Positions 53,991-64,000 of a stretch of DNA of 64,000 bases are shown piece by piece. Location of the stretch: contig OZ024740.1 of NCBI GenBank assembly GCA_964016885.1, forward strand, positions 421,104,001 through 421,168,000, read 5' to 3'. The position numbers were made by a program, and so were the translations under genes. This DNA comes from Eledone cirrhosa (lineage: Eukaryota). Under the pieces are notes generated by a model. The model made no database searches, was not told where the DNA came from, and worked only from the letters and a program-made list of their open reading frames with translations. Position 1 is the first letter of the stretch; each line of letters opens with the position of its first letter.

Positions 53991-55364
53991 TCATCATCAT
54001 TTTACGTCCGCTTTTCCCTGCTTGCAAGGGTGGGACGGGTCTTATTCAGCACAGCATCTCTCCACTCGTCACAGTCCCTCGTCATCTCCACCGTGAGCTT
54101 CAATGATCTGAGGTCTGTTCTCACCACCTCCGCCCATGTTTTTCGTGGTCTACCTCTACCACGTCTTCCTTCAACTGGCATTTCCTGGCACTTCTTCATA
54201 CATCGGTCATCCTCCATGCGCATCACATGTCCATACCACCTCAGTCTCCTCTCCCGTACACTACATTCTATCCCTCTCAGACACAGTTTCTCTCTCAACA
54301 CATTTATGCTGGGTCGTTAGCGCACATTTACATTGCACATCCAACGGAGCATGCTTGCCTCATTTCTCTTCAGCCGTCGCATATCCTCTGCAGTTGCTGC
54401 CCATGTCTCGCTACCATGCAGCATCGCGCTCCTCACACAGGCATCATACAACCGGCCTTTCGTACGCAGGGAGAAACCCTTCTTCATCAACAGAGGAAGC
54501 AGCTCCCTAAACTTCTTCCAACCCGTGCTTATTCTAGATACTATGGCCTCGGAACACCCTCCTCCCATGCTAATCTGATCTCCTAGGTACCGGAAGCTAT
54601 CCACCACTTCTATAGCGCCCTCTCGCATTTGAAAAATGTGTCTATCAGTGCGACTTCTACTGTCTAATTTCCCTGTACATCTACTGCATACATATTTCTC
54701 CCTACCTGTTAGTTTGCCTGCTATCCCGCTACATCTCTTGTGTACCCAGGATCTGCATTGTGTGCATTTTATAGAATTTATGCCAGTTCCTTTTCTGCAT
54801 ATCGAACATGGCCATTTCCCTGACGGAATCAGGGTTTTGTCCTCTTTTCTACTCATCAACACTTTTGTCTTAGCTAGATTCACCCTCAGTCCTCTTGCTT
54901 CCAACTGCTGTTTCCATAGCCAGAATTTATTCTCTAGCTCCTCTACTGATTCTGCTATAAGAACCAGATCGTCAGCATAGAGAAGTTCCCATGGACAGCC
55001 AGTCTTAAACTCCTCTGTTATGGCTTGGAGGACTATAATGAACAAGAGCGGGCTGAGGACCGAACCCTGATGTACTCCTACTTTTATCTGGAATTCCTCA
55101 CTAAACTCCATTCCTACCCTGACTTTACTGAGAGTACCTCTGTACAAAGTTTGCACTGTCCTCACAAGCCATTCCTCAACACCTAGCTTCCTTCGGGACC
55201 ACCAGATGACAGATCGGGGTACCCTATGAAAGGCCTTCTCTAGGTCAACAAAGGCTAAGTATAGTGGCTTATTCTTCTGTAAGAACCTCTCTTGCATTTG
55301 TCTCACCAAGAAGAGGGCATCTGTTGTACTCTTCCCAGGCACAAAACTAAACTGCATCTCATCA
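53991..55364 (-). mobile_element. RTE-like family C, 5'-truncated, with premature stop
   Basis: RT motifs, PHD CSIC..CTQC..WVHKRC..CSRC, stop near 54317, (GAT)n tail. Confidence 0.9.
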
Positions 55365-55377
55365 TATATATTATATA

Positions 55378-57690
55378 GGACCCCACAGCCAGAAATAAAT
55401 TTCAAAGCATATTACTTGATGCTTTCGACAGTAAGGAAGAGCATTTAGAGTCGGACAATATAGAGGGACAGTGGGAATTTCTGAAAGCAAACCTGCTGAT
55501 GGCGGCAGACGAAGTCTGTGGCTGGAGCAGGCCTGTAGGCAGGAGGAGAGTAACATCGTGGTGGAACAGTAAGGTGGAGGGGTCAATTAAGGCCAAAAAG
55601 CAGGCTTGGAAAGTATGGCGGGATGGGGGAAGTAGAGAAGACTATCAAGTGGCCAGGAGGGAAGCTAGGAGACAAGTGTACTTCGCAAGAAGGGAAGCAG
55701 AGGAAAGAAAGTTCAAGCATGTTCTACAACGCGAGGACCAAAAACGTGAGGTGTTCAGGATTGCTAGGCAATGTGTCAAGGAAAACCGTGATATTGTCAG
55801 GGAGAAGTGTGTACTTAATGATGACGGCGTACTTGCCATCACCGACGCTGATAAGAAGGTAGCTTGGAAGTGTCACTATGAAAGGCTACTAAATGAGGAG
55901 AATAAATGGGAGAAAGACAGTCTCCCCCACATCGACCCAATAGAGGGACCAGCAGTGTTAGTCGAGGGTAGTATAATAAGTAAGGCAATCAAGGATATGA
56001 AGACGGGTAAGGCGGCTGGGCCTTCGGAAATAGTTGCTGAGATGCTGAAGGCATCTGGCATGGTGGGACACACCATGGTCACCCGGATAGTTAACCAAGT
56101 CGTACAGAATGGGGTTGTTCCGAAGGACTGGCATAGCAGCATCATCGTTAACTGTTATAAGGGTAAAGGAGATGCCCTAGATAGGAGTAACTATAGAGGC
56201 ATTAAATTAATCGACCAGGTCATGAAGGTCACGGAAAAAGTAATAGCACAACTAATCAGAGAGAGAATTGACCTAGATGAAATGCAGTTCGGGTTTGTGT
56301 CAGGAAAAAGTACCACAGACGCTCTTTTCATTGTACGACAACTACAGGAGAAGTACCTAGCTAAAGGTAAACCCCTCTACTTAGCTTTTGTCGACTTGGA
56401 GAAAGCCTTCGACAGAGTCCTCCGTTCCATTATCTGGTGAGCCCTTAGAAAACTAGGTGTTGACGAATGGTTTGTGAGAGCTATACAAGCCATGTATAAA
56501 GAAACAGTCAGCAAGGTTAGAATTAACAACGAATATAGTGAAGAGTTTAGCGTAAAAGTTGGCGTCCATCAGGGCTCTGTTCTCAGCCCCCTACTATTTA
56601 TTATTGCCCTTCAGGCTATAACAGAGGAGGTCAAGACCGGCTGCCCATGGGAACTCCTATACGTAGACGACCTAACACTCATAGCTGAATCAATGGCCGA
56701 GCTAGAGAAGAAATTCCAAACATGGAAGCACGGCCTAGAATCAAAAGGTCTTAAAATTAACCTGGCTAAGACTAAAGTTCTAGTTTGTAGGAAAGAAAAT
56801 AAGGCGGCGGTCCCTTCCGGGAAATGGCCATGCTCAGTGTGTAGGAAAGGCGTAGGTAGAAACTCCATTTTATGTCCCAAATGCAAAGTATGGGTGCATA
56901 AAAGATGTAGTGGGATCACGGCTAAGCTAACTAAGAACATAGATTTTACATGTGGCCGGTGCTCTGGTGCAATAAGTAGCAGCAAGTGCCCACAAAATAC
57001 TAGCCCTTTCAACTGCGCAGAGGGCTCTATAGAAATAGTGGACAGCTTCCGTTACCTGGGTGACAAAATCAGCAGTGGGGGAGGGTGCTCTGAAAGTACA
57101 GTAGCTAGAGTCAGAACTGGATGGAAAAAGTTCAGAGAGCTTATACCACTATTAGCCGCTAAAGGGTTCTCCCTAAAAATGAAAGGCAGGTTGTATGATG
57201 CCTGCATACGAACAGCAATGTTGCATGGCAGTGAGACCTGGGCATTGTGTGCAGAGGATATACGCAGACTAGAGAGGAACGAAGCTTGCATGCTCCGCTG
57301 GATGTGTAATAGTAATATACGTGAACGGCAAAGCATAAACGAACTAAAGAAAAAATTAGAAATAAGAGGGATCAGATGTTGTTTACTCGAGAGAAGGCTA
57401 CGTTGGTACGGTCACGTGATGCGCATGAAAGACGACAGCTGTATAACAAAGTGCAGGGCAATAAAGATAGACGGTAGCCACGAAATAGGCAGACCTAGAA
57501 AATCCTGGGACGAGCTGATAAACTCCGACCTCACACACTCACACCTCTCCAAGACAATGTCACTGGACCGAGACCTTTGGCGGTACTCAGTAATAGAGAA
57601 GAACCGCCTTACCTAAATACATAGTAAAACCTACTACAGCCAGTAGGCATCTCTAACAAAATACACCCACGTCCCACCACCCCCACCCCA
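55378..57690 (+). pseudogene. RTE-like family B, 5'-truncated and decayed
   Basis: W-to-stop at 56438-56440, YADD changed to YVDD, 3' UTR cut at 57690 by PLE F2. Confidence 0.9.
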
Positions 57691-59144
57691 CTAACTACAG
57701 GGTTGCACGTGTTCCTACGGCTAGGTAGTTTAGCTAAATTTGAAGCTGTGATGTTATGTGCAAGGTTAGGAGTCGTAGAGTAATAAATTTTAATAGTATT
57801 TCTATTAAAAATGTTACTATATTTATGTGTAGGGGGAAAATGCTTCGTAATAAGGGAAAGAAAGATCTTAGCTAATGGTGTGGCCACCTCCATATTATAT
57901 GGTGGGTTAAACCAACAAATGCGACGGGATCTATTTCTTCTAGGTCTATTTTCATACTCTGTATATGCTACCTTATCGACAAATCTACTTCGAGCAAGAG
58001 CTTCATTGTAATAAGTGGAATGGTCGTTGAAAATGCGCTAAACTACCTAGCCGTAGGAACACGTGCAACCCTGTAGTTAGTACTAACTGTAATTGTAGGA
58101 ATCGGGCTGACTGCCCCCTATCCGGGAAATGCCTCTCTAGTAACATTGTCTACAAATGTAAGGTTGTAACACCCACGTCCCGTAGGGCCTACATAGGGTT
58201 AACCGCCAATAGTTTCAAGCAGCGTCTTTACATGCATACCCATTCTTTTCGTTACCCTCTAAGAAGGAATATGACGTCACTTTCAGCTTATATCTGGAGT
58301 CTAAAAGACAACCACACCCAATATAAGTTACACTGGGAGATCCTAGCTAGGGCTAGATCGTATAACGGAAATAAAAGACCATGTGACCTCTGCGCCGCTG
58401 AGGCCCTGGAAATACTCTACGCCACAGATCACATCTTAAACAAAAAATCTGAGGCAATTTCGGCTTGTAAACATAAATTGCACAAAACTTTCCTGTATTA
58501 CAGTCCCACGTTATACCCTAACGGATAGCACGATCTATACGTGGATATTTTACGTCTTGATGTGGGAGCTAAGTATATGTTTTGTTTATTCCTTTACTTA
58601 TTTGCATAGGTAAGTATATATTACCCATATGTTTTGTGAAGGTATGTATACCTTCTCGTACGTATATTTGACTGTTATGGCGTATCATTTTTACATATTC
58701 TGGTATTTAGGGTTTGGCTATGTGTATACGGGAGTTTTGCGTCCGAGTGAGTATGCAGGCTCGTACGTATGGTGGGTGTGTGTATATGTGTACTTCTTGT
58801 TTTAGTTGACTTACGTCTCCGAACATTCGTGTATTTATATGTAGGTATGTGTGTGCGTTTGTTATATACGTATTTATTTACTTATATACGTTTATATAAT
58901 TATTTATTTATTTGTACACAAGCATACACACACACACATATTTATATGTGCGTGGTTTTGTATACCTATGGTAAGGTTTTGCGTATGCTTGTGTATGTAC
59001 GTATCTGTTTGCGTGTATGTATTTATTTGTTTCTATTACTTCTGTATCGTATTTATTTACTTTGTTCTTAACTCTGTAGCGGAGATTCATTTGGTCTCCT
59101 AGTTAGAATTTTAGTCTACGACTTTTGCTATACCATTTACGTGG
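57691..59144. mobile_element. PLE family F2 with 5' inversion (twin-priming-like)
   Basis: The minus segment 57691-58035 encodes YYNEAL..RRNRSRRICWFNPPYN..; the plus segment from 58037 encodes KLPSRRN..CNCRNRADCPLSGKC..IVYKC..YIGLT; 44-bp overlap duplicated. Confidence 0.87.
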
Positions 59145-59898
<754 letters not shown>

Positions 59899-60972
59899 AT
59901 CATCATCATCATCATCATCATCGTTTAACATCCATGTTCCGCGCTTGCATGGGTTTGGACGGGAGTTTTCCCACTTGAGGCAAGAGTGGTTGTCTTGCTC
60001 ACATAGGACAGTGTGGAGCTGGGAGGTTTTTACCGTGTTGCCTACACGGCCACATTACAGCGTGGACTGTCTGGCGGGTTTTCTACAGCTGGATGCCCTT
60101 CCTAACACCAACCACATTTACAGTGTGGGGCTGGGAGGTTTTTACCGTGTTGCCTACACGGCCACATTTACAGCGTGGACTGTGTGTTTTTTTTGTCGTG
60201 ACACCTACACGATCTCATTTGTTTCGGCCTGGATTTTGTGGCACCAACATAACTTTACATTGAAAGGGGCGGTGTGGATGGGGTGGGACGGGGTATATTT
60301 TGTTAGAGATGCCTACTGACTGTAGTAGGTTTTACTTTGTATTTAGGTAAGGCGGGTCTTCTCTATTACTGAGTACCGCCAAAGGTCTCGGTCCAGTGAC
60401 ATTGTCTTGGAGAGGTGTAAGTGTGTGAGGTCGGAATTTATCAGCTCGTCCCATGTTTTTCTCGGTCTGCCTACTCCGTGGCTACCGTCTATCTTTATTG
60501 CCCTGCACTTTGCTATACAGCTGTCGTCTTTCATGCACATCATGTGACCATACCAACGTAGCCTTCTTTCGAGTAAACAACATCTGATCCCTCTTATTTC
60601 TAATTTTTTCCTTAGTTCGTTTATGTTTTGCCGTTCACGTATATTACTATTACACATCCAGCGGAGCATGCAAGCTTCGTTCCTCTCTAGTCTGAGTATA
60701 TCCTCTGCACACAATGCCCAGGTCTCACTGCCATGCAACATTGCTGTTCGTATGCAGGCATCATACAACCTGCCTTTCATTTTTAGGGAGAACCCTTTAG
60801 CGGCTAATAGTGGTATAAGCTCTCTGAACTTTTTCCATCCAGTTCTGACTCTAGCTACTGTACTTTCAGAGCACCCCTCCCCCACTGCTGATTTTGTCAC
60901 CCAGGTAACGGAAGCTGTCCACTATTTCTATAGAACCCTCTGCGCAGTTGAAGGAGCTAGTATTTTGTGGGA
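59899..60972 (-). mobile_element. RTE-like family B, 5'-truncated
   Basis: C-terminal ORF 60343-60900; 3' UTR with ~50-bp internal duplication (60022-60070 and 60134-60183); (GAT)n tail. Confidence 0.9.
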
Positions 60973-60994
60973 TATATATTATATATATATTATA

Positions 60995-61039
<45 letters not shown>

Positions 61040-61314
61040 TATATATATATTATATATATATATATTATATATATATTATATATATATATATTATATATAT
61101 ATATATATATATTATATATATTATATATATATATTATATATATATATATATTATATATTATATATATATATATATTATATATATATATTATATATATATA
61201 TATTATATATTATATATATATATATATTATATATATATATTATATATATATATTATATATTATATATATATATTATATATATATATTATATATTATATAT
61301 ATAATATATATATA

Positions 61315-61371
<57 letters not shown>

Positions 61372-61722
61372 ATATATATTATATATTATATATATATATA
61401 TTATATATATATATATATATTATATATTATATATATATATATTATATATATATATATTATATATACATATTATATATATATATTATATATATTATATATA
61501 TATATTATATATATATATTATATATATATATTATATATATATATTATATATATATATTATATATTATATATTATATATATATATATATATTATATATATA
61601 TATATATATTATATATATGTATATATTATATATATATATTATATATATATATATTATATATATATATATTATATATATATATTATATATATATATTATAT
61701 ATATATATATATTATTTATATA

Positions 61723-61775
<53 letters not shown>

Positions 61776-61886
61776 ATAAATATTATATATATATATTATA
61801 TATATTATATATATATATTATATATATATATATATATTATATATATATATATATTATATATATTATATATATATTTATATATAATA
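60973..61886. repeat. (TA)n tract
   Basis: Seen directly. Confidence 0.95.
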
Positions 61887-62200
61887 TGACTCCAGTTCCC
61901 CAGTGAATTAACAACCCAACAAGGAACTGGGCATATCAGAGTATTGACAATATCATACACCTAAACAACATATGTACTTGTCTATACCATACTAATTCAA
62001 ACTGCCTGAAGAGGTCACAGCCAAAGATGGCTGTCACTGAAATATATATAGCAGTAATAAACGAAGCTAAATTTTAATCATTTGACTTTTATTTAACTTT
62101 ATTTTACACTACTCCGGAGTAACCAAACCAACCTGCGCACTTCGTCGAGTGCTCCAGCCTGCATACTGAGGTGTTGGTATACAACCAACATAAACTCAAA
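61887..62200 (+). mobile_element. Solo hammerhead-bearing fragment F7 (probable PLE pseudo-LTR)
   Basis: ~310-bp non-coding island between TA tracts that contains a hammerhead. Confidence 0.6.
62001..62055 (+). ncRNA. Type I hammerhead ribozyme (F7)
   Basis: ACTGC-CTGAAGA-GGTc ACAGCCA AAGA TGGCTGT cACT-GAAA-TATATA-TA-GCAGT. Confidence 0.82.
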
Positions 62201-62239
62201 ATATATATTATATATATTATATATATATTTATATATATA

Positions 62240-63204
62240 TAGATAAATCTACCAAAAGTTTACGGTAGTGTCCAATCCGTATGAAGAACTCAATGTAATC
62301 CGGATATCATGAAAAGAGAAGATACATTCAAAAACTACTTTCGGTGAAAAATAAACGGAAAACAGAGTCAAGATAAATTAATAAAATAATGAATAAACAA
62401 AGAAACAGTTCCTTATATTAAAAAAAATTCATCATTTTACGATCGTTTCTAGGATATATATGTGTTAGAGTTGGTATCCATATTCTATAGATCTATGTAC
62501 AATATTTATACAAACTATCAGAGGGAATATACATACCTACACATATATATGCTGTCTTCAGAAATAATGATATTTGTTTATTGAAAAAAAACAAAGATTC
62601 AATACAATAGGTCTGTTTGGGAACAGGTTTTGAATTGACCAATAGAGAGATAGTGAGGGTTAAGATAGTAATATAGTAGTAGAAGAACCTTAAATTATGG
62701 GTAGAGGAAGGTAGATTTCAGTTTTGGATGGAAAAGAATATTATGAATGAAAGATTATTTTAGGGATGAAAATAGGTTGTATGCTGACCTCAGAAATAAT
62801 TATATTTGTTCATTGAATAAAACCAACAAAGATCTAATATATTCTGTCTGTTTGGTAAGAGGTTTATAATTAACCAATAGAAAGTTAATAATTGGCCAAA
62901 TGGTAAAATAGTAGTAATTGAAGCTTATTTTAGGCGTGAAAATAGGTCAGGTCAGTAAAAGGTGTACAAGCAGTTGCTGTTATAAAATAGTAATGCCAAT
63001 GCAAATATCTAAGGAGACTAAAGTTTTACGATGAGAGTGTTAGTGTAAAAAATACATCTATGAAAAGAATATAAATTAATTTAATTGATGGGTATATTTT
63101 TATTGATAAAATTATACTAATACATATAGATATGATAAATAAGAGTTAGATGCAGTTGAAAAGTGCTGTTAAAGATGAGGGGAAATTAAAAGAATATAAA
63201 AATA

Positions 63205-63279
<75 letters not shown>

Positions 63280-64000
63280 CACATACACACACACATATAC
63301 ATATATATATACATACACATATATATATATATATATATATACATGCATATATACATAGATACATATATATATACATACACACATACACCCTTACATATAC
63401 ATATAATTATTGGGGGGGGGGGGATTAAATTTATTAGTGAGAAATAATAAATATATATAGATTTCAAGGAACATAGAGTCATAACCTGAAGTTAAAGCAT
63501 TATATATGTTTACTTAATGGTATCAGTTTTAGGAAATGATAGTTGTAAGAAGGAAAGTAAAATTATGAAGTTCATCAGTAGTAGAATATTAATTATAGGT
63601 TAACTAAATTAAAAACAGTTTATATATTAATTTCTAAAGTGTATATTAATTAGGTTTATAATATTTAAAGGTTTTTCTCAGTTTATGATTACACGATATT
63701 ATTAATTCCTGTCGCTTATTTAATAGGATATCCTTAGATTTCATTTGGCCAATTATTAACTTTCTATTGGTTAATTCTAAACCTCTTACCAAACAGACAG
63801 AATATATTAGATCTTTGTTGGTTTTATTCAATGAACAAATAAAATTATTTCTGAGGTCAGCATACAACCTATTTTCTTCCCTAAAATAATCTTTCATTCA
63901 TAATATTCTTTTCCATCCAAAACTGAAATCTACCTTCCTCTACCCATAATTTAAGGTTCTTCTACTACTATATTACTATCTTGACCCTCACTATCTCTCT
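62240..64000 (-). mobile_element. PLE related to F3: ORF C-terminus, ~1.4-kb 3' UTR, inverted 5' copy running off the window
   Basis: 63646-63743 encodes [22 protein letters not shown]..; 62240-62640 is homologous to 20515-20920; 63744-64000 is the reverse complement of ~62643-62899. Confidence 0.85.
62429..62570 (-). ncRNA. Type I hammerhead ribozyme with long stem II (F3 relative)
   Basis: Minus strand: TCATTATTT-CTGAAGA-long hairpin-GAAA-CGATCG-TA-AAATGATGA. Confidence 0.75.

Noticed and set aside
56438-56440. In-frame TGA as selenocysteine or readthrough
   Set aside because: It replaces a Trp (TGG) found in all other copies, and this copy also has YVDD; ordinary decay

Overview
This is a eukaryotic, gene-free, AT-rich retroelement nest. 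The SINE and LINE tails resemble octopod cephalopod repeats as I recall them, which is inference only. About 30 insertions are separated almost entirely by (TA)n tracts. There are three intact 1039-aa APE+RT LINE ORFs (RTE-like family A; copies 1 and 2 lie in a ~6.84-kb tandem duplication) plus truncated copies of related families B and C. All three families carry a Cys4-His-Cys3 PHD finger inserted inside the RT domain. Also present are one PHD-less RTE-like fragment, a tRNA/CORE-type SINE, and many Penelope-like elements (PLEs; RT + C-terminal GIY-YIG, Nematis-like and Neptune-like). Reading the non-coding DNA by hand gives 13 complete type I hammerhead ribozyme folds from 7 sequence families, including U3-A8 and U4A core variants, palindromic stem III and a ~115-nt stem II. 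Nearly every PLE insertion has an inverted or fold-back 5' end, producing nested palindromes of up to ~10 kb. PLE 3' UTRs are themselves kilobases of (TG)/(TA) microsatellite that later elements inserted into, suggesting a self-seeding landing-pad system. The many Y/I/C/V/H/T-rich ORFs are microsatellite artefacts. There is one 200-N gap. All alignments and folds were done by eye, so boundaries are approximate.
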